This document shows, in pieces, positions 53,065-64,000 of a stretch of DNA of 64,000 nucleotides. The notes beneath the pieces are model-generated. The model made no database searches and was not told the origin of the DNA. It saw nothing but the letters and a program-made list of their open reading frames with translations. Both the position numbers and the translations under genes were made by a program. How positions within the stretch are numbered: the stretch's first letter is position 1; every line of letters begins with the position of its first letter. The stretch spans positions 285,944,001 to 286,008,000 of the forward strand of contig OZ024740.1 of NCBI GenBank assembly GCA_964016885.1. The letters run 5' to 3'. Source of the stretch: Eledone cirrhosa (lineage: Eukaryota).

Positions 53065-54100
53065 GATTCTACTTTTGGCACAAGGCCAGCAATTTCCCTG
53101 TGCATTATTGGTACTTCATTTTATTGATCCCATAAGGATGAAAGGCAATGTTAACCTCGGCGGGATTTGAACTCGGAACGTAAAGGGTCGTAACTCTATG
53201 CTGCAAAGCATGGTGTCCGACCCTCTACCAATACTGCCAAAGATAATAATTGCCAAATAGGTCTCCTTCCGTCTACCAAAGTGGTATAAAAGTATAAAAG
53301 CATGAAATAGATTTAATAAAGTTTTGATTTAGTGTGAGTGTGTTCCAATACTCTGCTCTCTAAGTTCAAGTCATGCCAAGGTTGACTTAACTTTTTATCC
53401 TTCTGGGGTCAATAAAATAAAGTAGCAGCTAAGCACTTGTGTCGATATAACCAAATTTTTCCCTCTACTCAAAATTGCTGGCTTTGAGCCTAAATTAGAA
53501 ACACTTATCAACCCTGAGGGAATGAAAGGCAAAGTTGGCCTTAGTGTGATTTCAAATCTGAACAAATAGAAATATTTGTTCTAACCTATGTTCTGAGTTC
53601 AAATCTTGCTGAGATCAACTTTGCTTTTTGTCCCTTTAGAGTCTATTAATAAAGTGCCAGAAGGTAAAATTGAGCTTACTAGGATTTGAACTCAGACATA
53701 AAGAACCTGAACAAGTTCTCTTGTTGATATAATTGACTCCTTTGCAAATTTCTGGCCTTGTCCCTGTGATACAAACCAGAGTTGAGACGGTGTTGTGTAA
53801 AATGCTGTATAGCATTTAGCTACAGCCCTTTACATTCTGAGTTCAAATCCTGCTGAAGTCAACTTTGCCTTTCATTCTTCCAGGGCCGTCTTGTTCCTAA
53901 AATAGATGTCATTACTACAACCACCATTACTGCTGCAGCGAATTAACAGAGCCATTAAAGCATCGGTCAAATGCTTAGCTATATTTTTGGGGGCTCTTGA
54001 CATGCTTTTGTGGTCAATAAAATAAAGTACCAGTAAAATATTGAGGTCAAATAATTGACTTACTTTTTCCTCCAAATTGTTGGCCTTGTGCCAAATTAAA
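53065..54100. mobile_element. Dense cluster of family b SINE copies and fragments in both orientations
   Basis: Repeated GAGTTCAA / TTGAACTC and GATAAAATAAAGTACCAG-like motifs on alternating strands. Confidence 0.8.
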
Positions 54101-55857
54101 TACTACTACTACCACAAAGAAGAAGGAGGAGAGTTATGTCCATAATCTCTAAGGGCTTTCAAAACAGCTGGGATGGATACGGTTGATGTTTATATGGAAG
54201 TCAGGGAAGGAGATCCACAGGGCTACAATTCAGTGTTTAGTATATGGTTTGTGGGTGAGACATAATAGATATGAGAAGAAGAATATTCATTGGATGGTTC
54301 AGTTTGTTAGTGGAGAAAAGCTGGAAGCATTATAGTAGGACTAGAGGAGATAGGGGCAGGAATCGGTACATTGATAGGCCAGTGGTTGTAGTGTGTCAGA
54401 AAGTGGCAATTTGACAATCAGGTGGCCTCTTTTCTAAATGCAATATTGTGTGTGTATCTGTGTAGCAGCTGCGTGATCTCAGATATGTGGGTCATACTTG
54501 TGTTGTGCAGAAGGTCAGCTGTTATTCAAAGCTAAAGTATTTTCCCTCCATGAAGAGGAAGCCTAGTCTTTGAGATGCAGTGTTTTGACTGTGTTTTTGA
54601 TAGGTGGTTGCCATGAAAGGTCATCAGAAATTATGAAGTTTTAACATTTGTAGAGTTTGTGAATATGTTAGTTGCATGCTTGGTAGATTTAATCTCTCAT
54701 TTAGTTTAGCACCACACTACCTAGCCCTCTGGTTCCTGTTACCAGAGTTTACTCTTTTCCAAGCATTTGGGCCAAGTCTCCAGTTTCAGGATACCTTCTC
54801 CCCTTTTCCCACAAGTTTCAGAGGTCCTGAAAAGTTTCATGGGTTTTGCTCTTCCTACCTTGACCAAAAAGTAAAATAAGTAACTACAGCTGGAAATTAC
54901 AGGTTTGAAAAAGAATAAGTGAAATGTCTTGGTCAAAATTTGAACCTGCAACACAGACTCAACTGGCAGCTTACAGTTCTCAACTAGGGTTGAGTAGATT
55001 ATGCATACTTGCCCACGCTCTCTCTCTCTCTCGCGCGCGCGCGCGCCAGAATGAAAGGTTTTTATTTAAAAGATTCTAAAACAATTCTGGAATGATTAGT
55101 AAAATAAGCAACACAGACAAGAGCTAGAACACTGATTTGAAACAGGCACCTCTCTTGTTTTAATCTAATGTCATGAAACCACTATATAGACTCTTTACAT
55201 AAATTACTTCTCTGTTATAGGAAAAGAAAAAAAAGGAAAAAAAAAAGAAGACTCTACTAAAATATATAGTAAATAACCTACTTTGTAACTTTTACATTGC
55301 TGCTGGCTCTCTTATTAGACAACTAACAGCTGTGACTGATATCATTGGATGACTGTATGTATGTTAGTTGGTTCACAAGAACTCCAGCCATAGAGTATCC
55401 TACTTCATCTTCATGTTGGAAACCTATTAGTTATTTACCTAAAACGGTTATCTACTTATTTTTTGAATATTTAGAATATATGGAACTGGAGATCACATTT
55501 TTAAGTCACTACTAATACTTTAAGAAAATATGTGAGAAATATTTAATGAGTGCATGAAGTAAATAAAATGTTTAAGTTATTTCTAACCGTCTTGATTTGA
55601 CATATACTTTGAGAATTTGGATTCTAGTATTAATCCATATATATATATTATTTGTGTGTTGAACATATGTTGAGTGAACTGGAAATATGTGAAATAAAGT
55701 GTCTTGTCACTATGGATCAAACTTATAATCATGTGCTGAGTGCCCCTAACCACTAGGGCACTCGCCTTCACATTTTTGTTGTTGGCTGCTTTAAAATTTA
55801 TCATTTAAATATGTATTAATATTTGAATTTGATTAAAAAATGTAAACATATATAGTT

Positions 55858-56990
55858 CTTCTTCTTCACCCACTTATTCCTGGGAGGGTCATGGTGGTAG
55901 AGTCCTCAATCATCCCTTCCAGTGAGTCCTATTAGAAGCAACCAAGTACAATTGATTTGGCTGAATGTCCAAGCGAGATCAGCTGAGCTCTTGAATGTTA
56001 TCCAACCATCCTGTTCAGGGTCTTCCCCTGGGTCTCCTGCTGGTTAGTTTTGCCTGCAAAATCTGCCCAGCAATTCTTTGCTGAGACATTCTAACACATC
56101 TGTAATATCAGAGCTGTGATCTCTGAATGACGCATTCTGTAGAGTAAAGTTACTCAAAAGACCCTTTGGAGGAACCCCATTTTGGCCACTTGTATTCACT
56201 ATCGTGCTCTTTTGACCATTACCTAAGATTCATCACCATAGGATAACATGAATACTGAATTGAAGAAAGCAAGTTTGGCTTTTACACCTATCTCCCTTCT
56301 GATTACCGAATGCTGAAGTTAACACATAGTTTGATTTATAAAAAATGATTAACCAACATAAAGTGTGTACTGCACTGCACTTTACTTCTGGTTGTCTATC
56401 AATTTAATGCTGTTGCTTCTCTGAATCAGATATCACAACCATACCGCTAATGAACACATGGATGTCATATAAGTTCAATATGTGGAAGACAGATCCGAGG
56501 GACTAACCAGACATAGACAAAAAACCATATTGTTACTGTTGGCTGATTGAACTTGACAATGGTACCCAGCTGCCCTTCAGTCATCCCTTTGCCTCGTGTA
56601 ATCAGTTTCGAACTGTTGCACACCATATACAACTCTTTTCCACACCTTCTGATCTGTAGCCTGTCCTTCAAGATGCTTGGCAGAAATTGTACAGGCAGTG
56701 AGAATGCACTTCTGATGGTCTATCCAACACTTCTTAGAATTACTGCATTGATGAGAACCCTCAGGTAGTTCACCTTTATGCACTATCCTTAACAGTCAGG
56801 ACTCATTCATATAGATTGTGTGCCTGGTTCAACAGAGAATATGCTCCATGATCATTGCTTCAAGGATTGTGAACACCCAAGAATTTTTCAGTATGAGGAA
56901 TTTTGTTCCTCCCTGAGCTGATAAGGAGGTCATCTAACACCAGAGGAAAAGTTAGGGTTCATCTAGTGTGAATGGGTGAGATGGATTTAT
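55858..56990 (-). mobile_element. Decayed RTE LINE fragments (3' end with (GAA)n tail plus an upstream ORF piece)
   Basis: Minus strand RRPRGRP*TGWLDNIQELS near 56000-56040; TTCTTCTTCTTC tail at ~55857. Confidence 0.65.
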
Positions 56991-59151
56991 GTGGTTAAGA
57001 AGTTCCCTAAAATGTTCTGCTCATCAATCTAGTGTGTGTGTGTGTGCATATGTGTATGTGTAGATATATATATATAAATTCTGTTGAAGACAACATACCC
57101 CAAAAATTCCTCTAGCCAGTAAATAGCTAATGAAAATATGAACTTCATTGTAGCCATTTTAATATTTTCTCCAGTAATTACCAGTGTCTTGTTTTCATTT
57201 TGTCTCTTTCAGAATAATCTGTTTTTGTCTTTTATGTATTTACATGTGTCTGCATATATATATATATATGTGTACACAGGTGTGTGTATGAGTCGTAAAT
57301 GTGTCATCCAAGTGAGAAAATGTGTCAAACAAAGAGTGGAAAGGACTCATTAGTTGTGACAAAGACATTACAACCTCCCCAATACTGGTGTCACAAAAAT
57401 ACACCCAATACACTCCGGAGAGAGAGAGTAGCTGTGTGCAAATGTTTGTACATAAGATACAGTCCCAAGACATCTGAGAGGTCAGAAGCTCTGATTAAAT
57501 ACTGATGTGGTCTCTAACAGCAGTCCAACCTTCTAACAGAGAGAACTAACATTATCATGATGATAATATATATGTTGCTATACACACACCCACACACATT
57601 TTATATATATTGTGACAAAAAAAGAATTTGAATCAATAATTATTATATGTGGGAAATATACCACTGAGAATTTTATGTTGCTATGACATCTTTTCAAGAG
57701 ATTCTTTCAGAAAGCCGTTCAGTTAGTTGCTAATTAAGGTTTATATCTGATATATGACTATGCATCTTGATCTCCAAGCTGGTTGGCACTAGCCACAAGA
57801 ATTTTCAGAGATGCATTTACACGTTTCATTCATGCACTATTTTTTTTTTGTTTTCTAAAATATTATTTTTTAGTAGCATTCATTTGAATTCATTTTCGAA
57901 ATTGAAGTATTTTAAATCAGTAGGTGGGTGTGTATATGTGCGCGGACACACACGTTTATGGATATGGCATGCTAGGTGCTGGATCAATGTGAATTGTTGA
58001 CATATGATATTTCTGAAAACATTTCATCTAAAGTAGATGTTTTACATGATTGAATGTTTTATAATCTTTCATTTAGGGCATTACATAGTGGTTAGGGAGT
58101 TGAACTCATATTTTTCCAGTGACAAACAGAAAGCAGGATTTTAACTCAGAATGCACAGAACTGGAACCGATACTACACTAATAATTCTACCTATACAACA
58201 CGTTAGACTGGTACTATATTTACTAGCTTCAAAAAAATCAAATGTGAAGTTCATTGGCCAATGGTGGCGTTTGAACTTAGATCGAAAGGAGCTAGATAAA
58301 ATACCACAAGGCATTTAATCAGAAACTTTAATGACTCTATTTCACTACCTTCATTTCCCTATATTGACATGCACTGGACAGGTTTGCAATATAAACAAAC
58401 TACCTCATTAGCTTAACTCTTAATTTTCAGCACTGAAGCACATTGTAAATTCATTTGGTGGTGTTTCAGGCTATATAGATTTGTTTCTTCGGTTGATTAA
58501 ATTTGAAACTTTGGATATAATGATTTTTTTTTCTTCCCAGAATGGTTGAAAAGATCTGCTATGTTCACTTTTTCAGCTATTTAGTGTTTTCACTCTACCC
58601 TTTCCCTGTCTATCAATCTGTTTCCTTACCCTTGTCTACTGTTGTTTTGTGAATGTTTGGATAAATAATTGAATCTTTAGTTTAAGAGCATGATAGACAA
58701 TATTGACAACCTCTCTAGTGTTCATTTCATGATTAAATGTACCAAGTTTATAACATAAAATGTTTGCTAGTGGGAAGAGCATCCAGTTGTTAAAAACATC
58801 TTAAACAAAAAGAGAGGACCAAACAGAAGACATGATTTAGTAAGCTACATCATGGGCAACCCTTCTAGGATGAGAGTAACTTCAAATAAGAACTCCTACA
58901 GTGTAAAGGAGACTTTACTCCTACTGCAGATAGCCTCAGCCTCTCTAGTGCTGGTGACTTGATAAAATCCATTCAGTCCCATGCTAAAAAGTGGAGATGG
59001 GGAGGGTATCCAGTTGTAAAAGCCATACAAAAAAATTATGCAGCACAGACTTTGGTGGTATTCCTGTCATGTTTGCTAAATGTCAAAGGACTTTGACATG
59101 ATGCTGTGAAACCTGCCCAATCCATATAAGAAGGGGAAAAAAATGGATATA

Positions 59152-59191
<40 letters not shown>

Positions 59192-60194
59192 ATTGAAAAA
59201 CTCCTGAATAAAATTTTTTATATACATTGAATATATGTATTTAAAAAAAAAAGAGATTGTGTTAGAAAATAGCCCAAAATGAAAATTTTGCCATTAAATT
59301 AGTATCATTATTGTTTTACCTCCATTTCCTATGCCGGCATGGGTTGGATAGATTGTCACAATCTAAGAGAAAATATGGTTGAATAGCCACATCTTGCTTA
59401 GATATTACATATTTTGACATGGTTTCTGACAGGATACCCTTCCTAAAGTTAGCCACTTCATGGGGTGTACTGGGTGCATATTATGACACCAGCACTAGAG
59501 AGGTTGTCAACATACTCAGCTTTATTATAGAGTCCTCTCAATGTTGGCACCATGATAAAATGTACCCAGTACAATTTGTAGCATGTGGGATCATAAGTAA
59601 GTGAGATGCAGCCCCTAGCCTATATGAGAGATCAGTAAACCCAACTGACTTGGTCTCTGATGACTTGTGACCTGTGTTCAATCCTTGCAAGCATGGAAAA
59701 GAGATGTTAAATGTTGATAATGATACTGATTCAGTAGAATCTTCTTTTATATACGAGAACATTTAAAGTATCAAATAGTTCAAATTAACATTAACAAAAA
59801 TAGTAGCCTGAAGTTCTAAAAAGTAATGTAATCCACCACATGCAACCCAATCTGGCAACCATGGCACATGCGCGTGCACACACGCACACACACATGTGCA
59901 TACATACACATACACGCACATGTGCATACACACACACATACACACACACAGTTATTTCCTCAAAAGATACCCGATATTTTGAAAGATCTGTTTTGTTTGC
60001 ATTGTTTTGATCATTTGTCATGCCATTTACTCTAGTTTCTTGATAATGATTGTTTTACTGACCTTATTGGCTAATCTAATCAGTTTATTTGCTTTGTTGT
60101 AAGAAAATCAATTGAGTTTTATAAGAAATTGCAATCTCTGTCGTAAGTGAATTTTATGGGATTTTAATTTCAATTTTTCTTTTTCTTTTTTCAG

Positions 60195-60270
60195 TTTTGG
60201 CAAACGTCCTCCAGGATGTACACGGCGGACCAGCGAGTGCCTTACTTTGGAGCCATCGGAAATGATTGTG
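60195..60270 (+). CDS. RAPGEF2: Internal exon of PDZ-GEF (Rap guanine nucleotide exchange factor 2/6), N-terminal cNMP-binding-like domain
   Basis: Long polypyrimidine tract with CAG acceptor and GTCAGT donor; 76 nt, phase 2 to phase 0. Encodes FGKRPPGCTRRTSECLTLEPSEMIV, matching the recalled RAPGEF2/6 segment FGKR…RR..EC..LEPSEMIV in motif and length. Confidence 0.9.
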
Positions 60271-61348
60271 GTCAGTGTTATTGCTTATTATGTATGTTTT
60301 GTGTGTATCTGTGAATATAAAATGTATTGTAAATGTAATTGTGTTCAGTTTCAGTGTTTTAGAAGAAAACTGGATATGATAGTGTAAAGCAACTATTATA
60401 GTGCTTGCAGTTGTAGTGTTTAAATGTTGGCATTTCACTCCTTTCAAATTGATTTACCAAACACAAGAATACTTAATGTGGGAATGAAATTTTGGTGAAG
60501 CTGCATTGCTTAGTGATTAGGGTGTTAGACTTATTATGATCATAAAGCCATGTGTTTCATTCCTAGACTGGGTAGTGTGTTGTGTTCTTGAGCATGATGC
60601 TTCATTTCATGTTGCTTTTCTTGATATGGCTTTGACCCCTAACATTAAAGCACCCAGGAATCCTCCTGTGAGATGCAACTTTGAGGGAGGCTAGCTAAAC
60701 TTGTGCTGGTGTGAGCTGTAAGTTTCATTTCATTTAAATTCTCTACTAAGTGGGCCCTTGTCAATCTAATAGTTCTTAACATAGCGTGTCCATCACCTCC
60801 AGGCAGCCATATAAGCAACTTGTCCCTACCTTCCTGCTTGCTCTATATTAGTGGTCCCTAATCTTACCACTACGTTGAAATAAAATTTCCTACAGATCCC
60901 CACCTCCCACTTCAATTACTTCCATCCCAGATTGCTATACAGTGAGAATAACAATCAGAAAAGAGAAATGTTTAGACTCAGAGAAGAATGGATACCCAAC
61001 AGAATGTGCATATTATGTTTTTAACAAAGTGTTTGAAATTTCAAAGCTCACAGAGTTGGGAGCAGCTGCTCTATATGTTAACTTAGCAATCATCCTTCAG
61101 AAAGCTCTTTGTAGTGCTGTCTACTTATCCCAAAATGTTCTAACTTCAATTGAGCTTGTTTATGACTGACGGTGGGAAATTGGCAGAGTCGTTAGGGTGT
61201 CAGCTAGAATGCTTTGCTGTATTTTTTTTCAGTTTCCTTTGATCTAAGTTCAAATGCTGCTGAGGTCTACTTTATCTTCTACCTTTTTGGGGTTGAGAAA
61301 TAAAATACCAATCTAGTACCGAGGTTGATTCTTTTTTCTCTCTTGCTC

Positions 61349-61500
61349 TCTCTTTCACTCTCCCTAGCCCTCTCTTTCACTCTCCCTAGCCCTCTCTTTT
61401 ACTCTCCCTAGCCCTCTCTTTTACTCTCCCTAGCCCTCTCTTTTACTCTCCCTAGCCCTCTCTTTTACTCTCCCTAGCCCTCTCTTTCACTCTCTCTAGC
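61349..61500. repeat. 22-bp minisatellite (CTCTCTTTYACTCTCCCTAGCC), about 7 copies
   Basis: Directly visible tandem units. Confidence 0.9.
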
Positions 61501-61959
61501 TCTCTCCCCTCTCTCTCACATGCACTTAATAAATTGGTTTAACAATTAACACTGTAAAAGTATAGTGGTGGAAAATTTTACGAGATGACAAGATGGAGGA
61601 GAAATTGAGGAAACCTGGGCTCAAAAGAGGAAGATTGTGACCTGGGTCTCTAAGAATCACTAATATAGAGGCTCTCTTGTTCACTTGTCTGTGTAAATGC
61701 GGTGAGTAAAGGCTGTTCATGTGTGTGTGTTTTCATACACTTTCAGAATGTTATATTTTGATGGAATTGTTGACATCCAGTGCAAAAGATTGAAAATTAT
61801 AAGTGTAAAACATTTCTCCTCTCCCACCAAACTCCCTCTTATGTAACCTTAGCAATGTTATTCACTTCTCCCACCCTCCCCAATGAAATTGTCCATTGTG
61901 TCTTACTTATTTCTCATTGTACTTTCAGACATAGTGACTCTATACCTTCACTTCTCCTC

Positions 61960-63290
61960 TGTCCCCCCCCCCCCAACCTCTCTCATTCTCGCTCTTTCTC
62001 CCTTTTTTTTCCTTCTCCTCTCTCCACCTCCCTCTTTCTTTTCTCTCTTTCACTCATTACATTTATCTTTCTTCTCTCTCTACATCCCTCCTTTTCTCTC
62101 TCACCATCCCTCCTTTTCTCTCTCACCCTTCTAAATCCTTTCAAACTGTTTCTCCTCTCATTCATATGCATCCCTCTCCTTCCTTCTCTTCGCATTCCAC
62201 CTATCTTTTCACCTTCCCCTTTCTTCACCCTCTTTCCTCCTCACCCCTCTTCTCCATCTCTCCTCCCATCCTTCCCTCCCTCTCCAGTCTCCATCCTTTT
62301 CTGTCTTACTTTATCTCTTCTCCTCCTCACTTCTCTCCTCTCACTCACTTCTCTCTCTCACTCACTTCTCTCTCTCACTCACTTCTCTCTCTCACTCACT
62401 TCTCTCTCTCACTCACTCACTCTTCTCTCACTCACTCACTTTTCTCTCACTCACTCACTTTTCTCTCACTCACTTTTCTCTCACTCACTCCTCTCTCACT
62501 CACTGCCTTCTCTCTCACTCCTCTCTCACTCCTCTCTCACTCACTCACTCACTCCCTCACTCACTCACTCACTCCCTCACTCACTCACTCTCTCCTCTCT
62601 CACTCACTCCCTTCTCTCTCACTCACTCCCTTCTCTCTCACTCACTCCCTTCTCTCTCACTCACTCCCTTCTCTCTCACTCTTCTCCCTTCTCTCTCACT
62701 CTTCTCCCTTCTCTCTCACTCTTCTCCCTTCTCTCTCACTCCTCTCTTCTCTTCTCACACTCTTCTCTTCTCACACTCTTCTCTTCACTCTTCTCTCTCT
62801 CTCTTCACTCTTCTCTCTCTCTCTTCACTCTTCTCTCTCTCTTCACTCTTCTCTCTCTCTCTTCACTCTTCTCTCTCTCTCTCTCTTCACTCTTCTCTCT
62901 CTCTCTCTTCACTCTTCTCTCTCTCTCTCTCTTCACTCTTCTCTCTCTCTCTCTCTTCACTCTTCTCTCTCTCTTCACTCTTTTCTCTCTCTCTTCACTC
63001 TTTTCTCTCTCTCTTCACTCTTTTCTCTCTCTCTTCACTCTTTTCTCTCTCTCTTCACTCTTTTCTCTCTCTCTTCACTCTTTTCTCTCTCTCTTCTCTC
63101 TCTCTTCACTCTTCTCTCTCTCTCTCTTCACTCTTCTCTCTCTCTCTCTTCACTCTTCTCTCTCTCTCTCTTCACTCTTCTCTCTCTCTCTCTTCACTCT
63201 TCTCTCTCTTTTCACTCTTCTCTCTCTCTCTCTCTCTCTCTTTTCACTCTTCTCTCTCTCTTCACTCTCTCTTCACTCTTCACTCTCTTT
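61960..63290. repeat. ~1.3-kb polypyrimidine CT/CTCA/CTTCACT low-complexity array
   Basis: Almost G-free on the + strand; the source of the spurious 518 aa and 391 aa ORFs. Confidence 0.95.
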
Positions 63291-64000
63291 GTGTGTGTGT
63301 ATTTTGTGTTGTGTATCTGCTCTTATGTTTCTTTGAAGTAGGTATTTCCACGAGAGTTCAGTGTTTAAATCAAGGAAATGACTCTTGTTCAGGGAATATT
63401 GTCTATTGGCTGCACCAATAATGAGTCAAACGGAAGGAACATGAAGTGTCTTGACAGAGAAAGCATACTTTTCTATTTTATCTTGGATATAAGCAGGCTC
63501 TTCATGATGTGTGCTTGCTCAAGCTGTTGTTCTAGGATGGTCAAAACTTGTACCAGGCTACAAAAGTTACTCGTTTGATGGGAAAATATTAATGCAAACT
63601 ACATTTTAAAAAGCGATAAACATTTGCATATTCCAATATATAATAATTTATCTAGGATTTCTTAACTTCAAGCTTCATAATTCACAATAAGATGATGTAT
63701 ATATATATGCAATGGAGTTCTTAAAGTGTTTTGATGATAACTTTTTAGCTGTAAGCATCTGCTTAACTAAAGCAATGCACAGCCACTTAGTGCTTTACTG
63801 ATGATTTACTTTAACAAAAGAAATATTTTGACCACTGTTTTTGTGACCTATTTGGAGCAACAAGGATAATAGATTTGAAGGTAGTTTTTATAGATGTAAA
63901 CATTTTATTTTAAACAATGACTGGTAAGTAAGTCGTGTGTTGTTTATACTTAAATTTGTTCAATTCTCATGGCCATATGTTATTATTATGTTAGAATTTT

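Noticed and set aside
58541-58640. Strong acceptor followed by MVEKICYV…
   Set aside because: No donor and no PDZ-GEF similarity.
61349-61500. CRISPR-like array
   Set aside because: Contiguous tandem units with no unique spacers, in a eukaryotic context.
61780-63341. 518 aa and 391 aa ORFs
   Set aside because: They are translations of a CT-rich array that cannot form stop codons; only S/L/F/H/T low complexity.

Overview
AT-rich, repeat-dense animal genomic DNA. The tRNA-derived SINE families, RTE LINE debris and microsatellite load look like an octopus or other coleoid cephalopod; this is an inference from repeat content. Only one coding exon is confidently recognisable: 60195-60270 (+), FGKRPPGCTRRTSECLTLEPSEMIV, from the N-terminal cyclic-nucleotide-binding-like domain of PDZ-GEF (RAPGEF2/6). 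I could not find the preceding conserved exon, so most of the window is probably one intron of more than 60 kb. That interval holds two CpG-retaining, promoter-like islands (~17.8-21.6 kb and ~34-38 kb, the second with clustered RFX X-boxes and a CRE) with candidate short first exons on both strands. Mobile elements include many SINEs, RTE fragments, two TTAA-specific piggyBac-type MITE families, hAT and pogo-type MITEs, and a head-to-tail Helitron pair. The most striking structure is a 96-bp-arm inverted repeat at 43604-43842 containing a minimal type-I hammerhead ribozyme motif of the kind carried by Penelope-like retroelements. Nearly all ORFs in the supplied track are spurious. All calls were made by eye, so repeat boundaries are approximate.
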